DNA of 62,349 nt, the filler included, from Scyliorhinus canicula (lineage: Eukaryota): NCBI RefSeq assembly GCF_902713615.1. It is 4 parts of 4 records of this genome, joined end to end, with 100 filler letters (N's around TTAATTAATTAA, not from the genome) between each part and the next. Parts side by side here need not be neighbours in the genome. Positions count along the whole stretch, not along the records: positions 1 to 24,158 come from NW_024055451.1; 3 more parts are not named here. One strand, 5' to 3'. Positions 1 to 12,060 of the stretch are shown piece after piece; position 1 is the stretch's first letter; the number at the start of each line of letters is the position of its first letter. The notes under the pieces are model-generated. The model did no database searches. It saw only the letters and a program-made list of their open reading frames with translations, and was not told the DNA's origin. A program made the translations under genes and the position numbers.

Positions 1-830
1 ATCACCCCAATGCCATTCAATGGAATTACCATCGCTGAAGCTCCTGCTGACCATTGACCAGAAACTGAACTGGACTCGCCATATACACAGTGTGGCTGTG
101 ACAAGAGGTCAGAGACTCGGAATTCTGCAACAAAAACACCTCCTAACGCCCCAAAGCCTGTCCACCATCTGCAACACCAGGTTAAAGTCCAACAGGTTTG
201 TTTGGAATCCCTAGCTTTCGGAGCGCAGCTCCTTCATCAGGTGACTCGACTGAGTGAGACTTCTTACTCCAGTCCAACGCCGGCATCTCCATATCACCAT
301 CTGCAAGGCACATTCAGGAGTGTGATGGAATACTCTCCACTTGTCTGGATGAATGCAGCTCCAATGACACAAAAGTAGCCCGCTTAATTGGCACACCATC
401 GACAACCACTCCCTCCCTCCACCGCTGAGGAACAGTCGCATCAGTGTTTACCACCTACAACATGCTCTGAAGGAGCTGGTCATGGCTGCTTGGACAACAG
501 CTACCATGTGCACAAGGACAGCAGATACATGGGAACATCACCAACTGGAATTTCTCCATCAAGCCTCTCACCATCGTGATCTCAAAATATCACATTGTTC
601 CTTCAATATCCATGATTCAAAATTCTGGAGCTGCCTCCCAAACACCACATGGACGGCAGTGGTTGAAGAACGAAGCTCACCACCATCTTCTAAAGGACAC
701 TGAGGGATGGGAAATAAATGCTGGTCCAGCCAGAGACGTCTGCATCACAAGAATGAAGAAAACACACTCTCTGACACAATATGACAATAATTTTACGTCC
801 TGAAATTGACATTTTCAACATGAAAATCTA
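1..830 (+). mobile_element. Degraded LINE (CR1/L2-type) 3' fragment containing a short Penelope-like insert at about 168-300
   Basis: Broken ORF resembling the C-terminus of LINE ORF2 (LTIDQKLNWTRHI...RGQRLGIL). The motif ccaggttaaagtccaacaggtttgtt recurs near 1225 and at 34180-34620. Confidence 0.45.
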
Positions 831-897
831 TTAAGTTGGAGGAAGGTTCATTGTTCCAGTTCCGAATTGTTTTGTACAGAATGAAATTACACCGACA

Positions 898-1092
898 TTA
901 AAGCAGCTGTCCAGTGATCTACACTGCTGTCTGACTGTACACAGCCGGGGTTACTGAAAGTATTAAAGCAGCTGCCCAGTGAGCTACACTGCTGTCTGAC
1001 TGTACACAGCCGGTGTTACTGAAAGTATTAAAGCAGCTGCCCAGTGATCAACACTGCTGTCTGACTGTACACAGCCCATGTTACTGAAAGCT
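898..1092. repeat. 65-bp tandem repeat, 3 copies
   Basis: aaagcagctg(t/c)ccagtga...ctgtctgactgtacacagcc...ttactgaaag recurs at 900, 965 and 1030. Confidence 0.9.
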
Positions 1093-1379
1093 GATCAATG
1101 TGTAGAATCAGGACAGGATGGATGGAGAGGAAGAGGAGGAGCTGGGGGTGGTGCAGCCGAATGGAGGAGCCCCCAGCTCGGCTGTGGACAACAGTCATAG
1201 GAAGCTGGGTAAGAAGTCTTACAACACCAGGTTAAAGTCCAACAGGTTTGTTTCAAACACGAGCTTTCGGAGCACGGCTCCTTCTTCAGGTGAATAGGAA
1301 GCTGAGCCTGAGCGGAAAATCATCCAGAGAAACATCGTCCTAATGGACTGGGAGTACCTGGGAAGGACCATCGCGGCCA

Positions 1380-4300
1380 CTCACTGATCCACACTCACTC
1401 ATCCACGCTCACTCGCCCTCACTCACCAGTCTTCACTCACTCACTCATCATCACTCATTCACCCTCATTCACCTATCCTCAATGATACATCTTTCCTTAA
1501 CAACCCTCACACCCACAATCACACCCACCCTTACTCACTTACCCTCACTCCACCACCCGCCCTGACACATTCTGACTCACCCACCCCCCTGACAGACTCT
1601 CACTCACCCACCCTCCCTGACACACTCTCACCCACGCTCCCTGACACACTCTCACTCACCCCCCCGACAGACTCTCACTCAACCACCCACCACGACACAC
1701 TCTCACACAGACACCCTCCCTGACACACTCTCACTCACCCACCCTCCCTGACACACTCTCACTCACCCACCCTCCCTGACACACTCTGACTCACCCACCC
1801 TCCCTGACACACTCTCACTCACACACCCTCCCTGACACACTCTCACTCACACACACTCCCTGACACACTCTCACTCACCCACCCTCCCTGACACACTCTC
1901 ACTCACCCACCCTCGGTGACACACACTCACTGACCCACCCTCCCTGACACACTCACACTCACCCAACCTCCCTGACACACACACACTCACCCACCCAGCC
2001 TGACACACTCTCACTCACCCACCCTCCCCGACACACTCTCACTCACCCACCCTCCCTGACACACTCTCACTCACCCACACTCGCTGACACGCTCTCACTC
2101 ACCCACCCTCACTGACCCACCCTCCCTGACACACTCTCACTCACCCACCCTCACTGACCCACCGCCCCTGACACACTCTCACTCATCCACCCGCCCTGAC
2201 AAACACTCACTCACCCACCCTCCCTGACACACTCTCACTCACCCACACTCGCTGACACACTCTCACTCACCCACCCTCACTGACCCACCCTCCCTGACAC
2301 ACTCTCACTCACCCACCCTCACTGACCCACCGCCCCTGACACACTCTCACTCATCCACCCGCCCTGACAAACACTCACTCACCCACCCTCCCTGACACAC
2401 TATCACTCACCCACCCGCCCCTGACACACTCTCACTCATCCACCCGCCCTGACAAACACTCTCTCACACACCCTCCCCGACACACTCCCACTCATCCACC
2501 CTCCCAGACACACACACTCACCCACCCAGACGCACTGTCACTCACCCACCCTCCCTGCCAACACTCACTCACCCACCCTCCCTGACACACCTCCCTGATC
2601 CACTCTCACTCACCCACCATCAATCACACACCCTCCCTGACACACACACACTCACACTCCCTCCCTGACACACTCTCTCTCACCCACCAAACCTGACACA
2701 CTCTCACTCACCCACCCTCCCTAATACACTGTCACTCATCCATCCTCCCTGACACACTCTCACTCACACACACTCCCTGACACACTCTCACTCACCCACC
2801 CTCCCTGACACACTCTCACTCACCCACCCTCGGTGACACACACTCACTGACCCACCCTCCCTGACACACTCACACTCACCCACCCTCCCTGACACACACA
2901 CACTCACCCACCCAGCCTGACACACTCTCACTCACCCACCCTCCCCGACACACTCTCACTCACCCACCCTCCCTGACACACTCTCACTCACCCACACTCG
3001 CTGACACGCTCTCACTCACCCACCCTCACTGACCCACCCTCCCTGACACACTCTCACTCACCCACCCTCACTGACCCACCGCCCCTGACACACTCTCACT
3101 CATCCACCCGCCCTGACAAACACTCACTCACCCACCCTCCCTGACACACTCTCACTCACCCACCCTCACTGACCCACCCTCCCTGACACACTCTCACTCA
3201 CCCACCCTCACTGACCCACCGCCCCTGACACACTCTCACTCATCCACCCGCCCTGACAAACACTCACTCACCCACCCTCCCTGACACACTATCACTCACC
3301 CACCCGCCCCTGACACACTCTCACTCATCCACCCGCCCTGACAAACACTCTCTCACACACCCTCCCCGACACACTCCCACTCATCCACCCTCCCAGACAC
3401 ACACACTCACCCACCCAGACGCACTGTCACTCACCCACCCTCCCTGCCAACACTCACTCACCCACCCTCCCTGACACACCTCCCTGATCCACTCTCACTC
3501 ACCCACCATCAATCACACACCCTCCCTGACACACACACACTCACACTCCCTCCCTGACACACTCTCTCTCACCCACCAAACCTGACACACTCTCACTCAC
3601 CCACCCTCCCTAATACACTGTCACTCATCCATCCTCCCTGGCACACACACACTCACCCTCCCTCCCTGACACACTCTCTCTCACCCACCCTCACTGACAC
3701 ACTCTCACTCACCACCCTTCCTGACACACACGCACTCACCCACCCTCCCTGACACACACAGACTCACCCACCCTCCCTCACTCACTCTCTCACCCACCCT
3801 CCCTGACACACTCTCACTCACACACCCTCCCTGACACACTCTCACTCACCCAGCCTCCCTGACACACTCACACACTCACCCACCCTCGCTGACACACTCT
3901 CACTCACCCACCTCCCTGACACACTCTCACTCACCCACCCACCCTGACAAACACTCTCTCACCCACCCTCCCTGACACACTCTCACTCACCCACACTCCC
4001 TGACACACTCTCACACACCCACCCTCCCTGACACACTCTCACTCACCCACACTCCCTGACAAACTCTCTCTCACCCATCCTCCCTGACACATTCTCACTC
4101 ACCCACCCTCCCTGACACACACACACTCATCCACCCTCCCTGACACATTCTCACTCACCCACCCTCCCTGACACACACACACTCATCCACCCTCCCTGAC
4201 ACATTCTCACTCACCCACCCTCTCTGACACACTCTCACTCACCCACCCTCCCTGACACACTCTCACTCACCCACCCTCCCTGACACACTCTCGCTCATCC

Positions 4301-7300
4301 ACCCTCCCTGACACACTCTCACTCACCCACCCTCCCTGACACACTCTCGCTCACCCAACCTCCCTGACACACACTCACTGACCCACCTTCCCTTACACCC
4401 ACTCACCAACCCCCATCCTCCCTGACAGACACTAACTCACACATCCTCCCTGATACACTCTCAATCACCCACCCTCCCTGACACACTCTCAATCATCCAC
4501 CCTCCCTGACACACACTCACTCACACACCCTCCCTGACACACTTTGGCTCACCCACTCTCCTGACACACTCTCACACACCCACCCCATCCCTGACACACA
4601 CACTATCACCCACCCTCTCTGACACACTCACTCACCCACCCTCCCTGACACACTCTCACTCACCCACCCTCCCTGACACAGTCTCACTCACCCACCCTCC
4701 CTGACGCACTCTCACTCAACCACCCTCCCTGACTCACACTCACTGACACACTCTCACTCACACACCCTCCCTGACTCATACTCACTGACACACTCTCACT
4801 CACCCACCCTCACTGACACACTCTCACTCACCCACCCTCCCTGACACACTCTCACTCACCACCCTCCCTGACACACTCTCACTCACCCAGCCTCCCTGAC
4901 ACACTCACACACTCACCCACCCTCCCTGACACACTCTCACTCACCCACCCTCCCTGACACACTCTCACTGACCCACCCACCCTGACAAACACTCTCTCAC
5001 CCACCCTCCCTGACACACTCTCACTCACCCACACTCCCTGACACACTCTCACACACCCACCCTCCCTGACAAACTCTCTCTCACCCACCCTCCCTGACAC
5101 ACACACACTCATCCACCCTCCCTGACACATTCTCACTCACCCACCCTCTCTGACACACTCTCACTCACCCACCCTCCCTGACACACTCTCACTCACCCTC
5201 CCTCCCTGACACACACTCACTGACCCACCTTCCCTTACACCCACTCACCACCCCCATCCTCCCTGACAGACACTAACTCACACACCCTCCCTGACACACT
5301 CTCAATCACCCACCCTCCCTGACACACTCTCACTCACACACCCTCCCTGACACACTCTCACTCACCCACCCTCCCTGACACACACTCACTCACACACCCT
5401 CCCTGACACACACTCACTCACATACCCTCCCTGACACACTTTCGCTCACCCACTCTCCAGACACACTCTCACACACCCACCCCATCCCTGACACACACAC
5501 TATCACCCACCCTCCCTGAAACTCTCACTCACCCACCCTCCATGACACACTCACTCACCCACCCTCCCTGACACCCTCTCACTCACCCACCCTCCCTGAC
5601 ACAGTCTCACTCACCCACCCTCCCTGACGCACTCTCACTCACCCACCCTCCCTGACACACACACACTCATCCACCCTCCCTGACACATTCTCACTCACCC
5701 ACCCTCTCTGAAGCACTCTCACTCACCCACCCTCCCTGACACACTCTCACTCACCCACCCTCCCTGACACACTCTCGCTCATCCACCCTCCCTGACACAC
5801 ACTCACTGACCCACCTTCCCTTACACCCACTCACCACCCCCCATCCTCCCTGACAGACACTAACTCACACACCCTCCCTGACACACTCTCAATCACCCAC
5901 CCTCCCTGACACACTCTCACTCACACACCCTCCCTGACACACTCTCACTCACCCACCCTCCCTGACACACACTCACTCACACACCCTCCCTGACACACAC
6001 TCACTCACATACCCTCCCTGACACACTTTCGCTCACCCACTCTCCTGACACACTCTCACACACCCACCCCATCCCTGACACACACACTATCATCCACCCT
6101 CCCTGAAACTCTCACTCACCCACCCTCCATGACACACTCACTCACCCACCCTCCCTGACACTCTCACTCACCCACCCTCCCTGACACAGTCTCACTCACC
6201 CACCCTCCCTGACGCACTCTCTCTCACTCACCCTCCCTGACTCACACTCACTGACACACTCTCACTCACCCACCCTCCCTGACTCACTCTCACTCACCCA
6301 CCCTCCCTGACACACACACTCACCCACTCTCCCTGGCACAGTCTCACTCACCCACCCTCCCTGACACACTTTCACTCACCCACCCTCCCTGACACACACT
6401 CACTGACCCTCCCTCCCTGATACACACTCACTCACCCATCCTCACTCACCCACCCTCACGCACCCTCACTCCCCTACCCTCACCCACCCTCACTCACCCA
6501 CCCTCACACACCCTCACGCACCCTCAATCAGTAACCCACCCTCACTGACACATTCACTCTCCCCCTCACTCAAATACCACCACCCACCCTAACTCTCCCA
6601 CACTCACTCACTCACTCACCCTCCAACCCACCATCGCTCTCGAATCTTCCCTCACACATCCACAATGACTCATTCATACTCACTCACCCAGCCTCACTCA
6701 TTCACCCTCACAAAGACTCGCACCCACCCTCTTTCAGACACCTTCACTCACAGATACTTACCCTTCCTCACTCACGCACCCTCACTCATTCACATTCCCT
6801 CAAACACCCTTATTGAGCCACCCTCACCAGACGCACCCACCCTCTGTCACCCACTATCACTCACCCTCACTCACCCACCCACCCTCACACACCCTCATTT
6901 ACTCACACCCATCCCCTCACTCACCCTGACTCACTCAACCACCATCACACACCCACCCTCGCGCACCACCCACACTCATTCTCTGCCACTCACACATCCT
7001 CACTCATCCTCGCACACCCACTAATTCTCAATGACGCACCTCACTCACTGAGCCACACTTACATCCTCACTGACCCGCACTCACTCATACATCCTCCTTC
7101 ATTCATCCTCACTCATTCACCCTCAGTCGCCCACGGTCACTGACTCCCCCTCATTCATTCACCCACTACATTCACTCACCAGCAGTCGACCCCCGACTCA
7201 CCCAAGCTCACTCACTCACCGACCCCCTGACTCACCCACCCTCGCTCACTCATCTTCATTGACTCTAACTACACAACCTCACTCACCCAGCGGCACTCAT

Positions 7301-8045
7301 TCCTGCCTCTCACTCACTCTCCCTCACCCATCCTGGCGCATTCGTGCTCGGTGACACAGCCTCACCCATTTACCCTCACTCAGTCATTCACTCTGATCTG
7401 CCACTCATCAACACTCAGACATTTTCAATCAGCCAACTCACTCACCCACACTCACTCTCCTACCCTCACTCAGTTACTCACTCACCCACACTCACTCTCC
7501 TACCCTCACTCAGTTACTCACTCACCCACACTCACTCTCCTACCCTCACTCAGTTACTCACTCACCCGCACTCACTCTCCTACCCTCACTCAGTTACTCA
7601 CTCACCCGCACTCACTCTCCTACCCTCACTCAGTTACTCACTCACCCGCACTCACTCTCCTACCCTCACTCAGTTACTCACTCACCCGCACTCACTCTCC
7701 TACCCTCACTCAGTTATTCACTCACCCGCACTCACTCTCCTACCCTCACTCACTCACCCGCACTCACTCTCCTACCCTCACTCAGTTACTCACTCACCCG
7801 CACTCACTCTCCTACCCTCACTCAGTTACTCACTCACCCGCACTCACTCTCCTACCCTCACTCAGTTACTCACTCACACACACTCACTGTTCTACCCTCA
7901 CTCAGTTACTCACTCACCCGCACTCACTCTCCTACCCTCACTCAGTTACTCACTCACCCGCACTCACTCTCCTACCCTCACTCAGTTACTCACTCACACA
8001 CACTCACTCTCCGACCCTCACTCAGTTACTCACTCATCCTCTCTC
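1380..8045 (+). repeat. C/A-rich satellite tract upstream of Cmu copy 1 (28-bp unit ccctccctgacacactctcactcaccca; 40-bp unit at about 7440-8030)
   Basis: Directly visible tandem units; the + strand is almost free of G. Confidence 0.95.
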
Positions 8046-8149
8046 TCTGATGCTCAGGAAATGGGCACGGGAGCGACTGCAACGGGGGAGGAATAGAGAA
8101 CTGGAGCGAAACTGATGTCCAGTGGCGCCCGAATGTGGCTGCATGGCAC

Positions 8150-9820
8150 GGGATTGCCGTGAGCCGGAGGAAGGAACAGAGAGCCGGGGGAAGGGGCAGG
8201 GAGCCGGCGGAAGGAGCAGAGAGCCAGAGGAAGGGGCAGAGAGCCGGGGGAAGGAGCAGAGAGCCGGGGGAAGGGGCAGGGAGCCGGGGGAAGGTGCCGA
8301 GAGCCGGGGGTAGGAGCAGAGAGCCGGGGGAAGGAGCAGAGAGCCGGGGGAAGGCGCAGAGAGCCGGGGGAAGGCGCAGAAAGCCGGGGGAAGGGGCAGA
8401 GAGCCGGGGAAAAGTGCGGAGAGCCGGGGGAAGGAGCCGAGAGACGGCGAAAAGGCAGAGTTGGGAGGAAAGCACAGAGATGCAGGGGAAAGGGCAGAGA
8501 TGCAGGGGAATAGGCAGAGATGCAGGGGAATGGGCAGAGATGCAGGGGAATGGCCAGAGATGCAGGGGAACGGCCAGAGAAACAGTGGAAAGGGCAGAGA
8601 TACAGGGGAAAGGGCAGAGATGCAGGGGAAAGGGCAGAGATGCAAGGGAAAGGGCAGAGATGAAGGGGAAAGGGCAGAGATGAAGGGGAATGGGCAGAGA
8701 TGAAGGAGAATGGGCAGAGATGCAGTGGAATGGGCAGAGATGCAGGGGAATGGGCAGAGATGCAGCGGAACACACAGAGAGCTGTAGAAAAGGACAGAGA
8801 GCTGGAAGGAAGTGGAGGGAGCAAGGGAAAGGTGCAGAGAGCAGGGGGGGGGGGGGGTGGAGTGGGAGTGCAGGAGCCGGGGGAAGTGCAGGGAGCCGGG
8901 GGAAGGCGCCAAGAGCCGGGAAGCAGCAGAGAGCCGGGGGAAGGGACAGAGAGCCGGGGGAAGGAGCAGAGAGCCGGGGGAGGAGCAGAGAGCCGGGGGA
9001 AGGAGCAGAGAGCCGGGGGAAGGAGCAGAGAGCCTGGGGAAGGCGCAGAGAACCGGGGGGAGGGGCAGGGAGCCGGGGGAAGGGGCAGAGAGCCGGGGGA
9101 AGGTGCAGAGAGCCGGGGGAAGGTGCAGAAAGCCGGGGGAAGGAGCCGAGAGCCGGGGAAAAGTGCGGAGAGCCGGGGGAAGGAGCCGAGAGACGGCGAA
9201 AAGGTAGAGTTGGGAGGAAAGCACAGAGATGCACGGGAAAAGGCAGAGATGCAGGGGAATGGGCAGAGATGCAGGGGAATGGCCAGAGATGCAGGAGAAA
9301 GGCTAGAGATGCAGTGGAAAGGGCAGAGATGCAGGGGAAAGGGTAGAGATGCAGGGGAAAGGGCAGAGATGCAAGGGAAAGGGCAGAGATGAAGGCGAAA
9401 GGGCCGAGATGAAGGGGAATGGGCAGAGATGAAGGAGAATGGGCAGAGATGCAGTGGAATGGGCAGAGATGCAGGGGAATGGGCAGAGATGCAGGGGAAC
9501 ACACAGAGTGCTGTAGAAAAGGACAGAGAGCTGGAAGGAAGTGGAGGGAGCAAGGGAAAGGTGCAGAGAGCGGGGGGGGGGGGGGAGGGGGGAGTGGGAG
9601 TGCAGGAGCCGGGGGAAGTGCAGGGAGCCGGGGAAGGCGCCAAGAGCCGGGGAAGCAGCAGAGAGCCGGGGGAAGGGACAGAGAGCCGGGGGAAGGAGCA
9701 GAGAGCCGGGGGAGGAGCAGAGAGCCGGGGGAAGGAGCAGAGAGCCTGGGGAAGGCGCAGAGAACCGGGGGGAGGGGCAGAGAGCCGGGGGAAGGGGCAG
9801 AGAGCTGGCGCAAGTGCAGA
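8150..9820 (+). repeat. G-rich satellite (gcagagagccgggggaagg and gggcagagatgcagggga units) with a higher-order period of about 730 bp
   Basis: Directly visible; the same unique block recurs near 8760 and 9490. Confidence 0.95.
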
Positions 9821-10449
9821 GAGCCGGACGAAAGTCCATAGAGTGGGCGATAAGCCATAAGAATCGGGGTAAAGCGCACAGTGCTGGCGAAATGTTCAAA
9901 AAGCCCGGGGAAAGTGCCAGGAACCGGGAAAAGTCGAAAGAACTGGGGAAAGTGCAGCGCACATGGACAAAGAGCCGTGGAAAAGAGCAGAGAGCTAAAC
10001 GATAGTGAAGGGACCAGGAGGAAGGTACAGCAATCCAGCGGGAACCGCAGAGAGATGGGGGAACGCTCAGAGAGCGCGGGGCGGGGAGTGGGGGGATCGC
10101 AGACAGCCCGGTCTCAGTGACAGGCGGAATGTGGGGTTAACACCACAATCAGCACAGCCGGGATCTTATTGAATGGGGGAGGAGACTCCACGGATTGAAT
10201 GGCCTCCTCCTGCTGTCAATGTGCATGGTCCTAAAATTAGTGAATGTTGCAATTACTCAAATGTAGAATTTTATTGTAATTATATAAAGGTGCATTCAGA
10301 AGGTGTTTTTGAAGCAAAGCCACTATTGTCTGGTTTGGGGAGTGGGGGTAGTGAGATGGAGAGAGGAGGGGCATCAGTCAGTTTGAACAAAGAGAATTTC
10401 CCAAAACTGCAAAGATACAAATGAAGAGACAACTTTTGTAAGACAAATT

Positions 10450-11256
10450 GATTGTGACGTACACAGCTCAGTTAGCTGGATTGTGACGTACACAGCTGTT
10501 AGCTGGATTGTGACGTACACAGCTCAGTTAGCTGGATTGTGACGTACACAGCTCAGTTAGCTGGATTGTGACGTGACAGCTCAGTTAGCTGGATTGTGAC
10601 GTACACAGCTCAGTTAGCTGGATTGTGACGTGACAGCTCAGTTAGCTGGATTGTGACGTACACAGCTCAGTTAGCTGGATTGTGACGTACACAGCTCAGT
10701 GAGGTGGATTGTGACGTACACAACTCAGTTAGCTGGATTGTGACGTACACAGCTCAATTAGCTGGATTGTGACGTACACAGCTCAATTAGCTGGATTGTG
10801 ACGTACACAGCTCAGTTAGCTGGATTGTGACGTACACAGCTCAGTTAGCTGGATTGTGACGTGACAGCTCAGTTAGCTGGATTGTGACGTACACAGCTCA
10901 GTTAGCTGGATTGTGACGTGACAGCTCAGTTAGCTGGATTGTGACGTACACAGCTCAGTTAGCTGGATTGTGACGTACACAGCTCAGTGAGGTGGATTGT
11001 GACGTACACAACTCAGTTAGCTGGATTGTGACGTACACAGCTCAATTAGCTGGATTGTGACGTACACAGCTCAATTAGCTGGATTGTGACGTACACAGCT
11101 CAATTAGCTGGATTGTGACGTACACAGCTCAGTTAGGTGGATTGTGACGTACACAGCTCAGTTAGGTGGATTGTGACGTACACAGCTCAGTTAGGTGGAT
11201 TGTGACGTACACAGCTCAGTTTGCTGGATTGTGACGTACACAGCTCAGTTAGCTGG
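10450..11256 (+). repeat. 29-bp minisatellite gattgtgacgtacacagctcagttagctg, about 28 copies
   Basis: Directly visible; two AGCT and one TGACGT per unit; runs into the 5' end of a tRNA-derived SINE. Confidence 0.97.
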
Positions 11257-11445
11257 ACGGCTGGTTCGTGACGAAGAGCGATCCCAACAGCGCGGGTTCA
11301 ATCGCTGCACCGGCTGAGGTTATTCATAAAGATCTCCATTCTCAACCTTGCTCCTGGCCTGATGTGTGGTGACCCTCAGGTTAAATCACCACAGTCAGCT
11401 CTCAAAGGGAAAGAACAGTCTCCGGGACTATGGCCTCATTTGCAT
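11257..11445 (+). mobile_element. tRNA-derived SINE body (shared with copy 2 at about 29103-29285)
   Basis: B-box-like gggttcaatc followed by a conserved body (ttctcaaccttg...gtgtggtgaccctca.gttaaatcacca). Confidence 0.6.
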
Positions 11446-11760
11446 TTTATATTACATGGTGGCTGAAATAATGGGGGAAACGCTCTGCTCTTCTCTTTCA
11501 ATCCAATGAAAGATACACCATTCAGATTACATCAAAATATGTTTTTTTTATAGAGACGGAGAAAGAGGTGAGTTTCTGAACAAGGGACAAAAAGTAGGTG
11601 ATTCCGAACGATAGAACCGATAGAAGATTCAATGTGGATGTGTGATTTAATCGGAAATGTTAGGATAAAATCATAGTTCTAGTCAAATTATGAAATGCTT
11701 GGTTACTTATAAATCACAAATACCAGAGTCTAACTTGTTGAATGGGCCATTCTCCCCCAG

Positions 11761-12060
11761 TGACACCGACTCCGCCCACTCTCTACAGTCTGGTCTCCTC
11801 ATGTCAGCAACACAACACCGACGGCTCCGTGACCTACGGCTGTTTGGCGATGGACTACTCCCCAGAAATCACCAGCCTTACCTGGAAGAACGATGGGCAG
11901 CTGATCACCACTGGAGTTAAGAAATACCCATCAGTAAAAAACAAGAAGGGAACCTACACCCTGAGCAGCCAGTTAACCATCACCGAGTCAGAGGGGGGAT
12001 GCAGCAACATCAGCTGTGAGGTTCGACACAGCGTCTCAGACAAGAGCATTGGAATGGAAT
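11761..12060 (+). CDS. IGHM: Cmu1 exon, copy 1
   Basis: ag|TG ACA CCG...GAA T|gtaagt, 300 nt; [16 protein letters not shown]...GCLAMDYSP...W...CEVRH. Confidence 0.95.

Noticed and set aside
4879-10005. Many long ORFs (up to 617 aa) on both strands
   Set aside because: Translations of stop-poor C-rich and G-rich satellites; periodic low-complexity products.
11257-11320. tRNA-like A/B boxes here and at SINE heads
   Set aside because: SINE-derived; no cloverleaf or complete tRNA gene.
11742-11760. In-frame ATG upstream of CH1 copy 1 (MGHSPP)
   Set aside because: Lies in the splice-acceptor tract, has no signal peptide, and is not in frame in copy 2.
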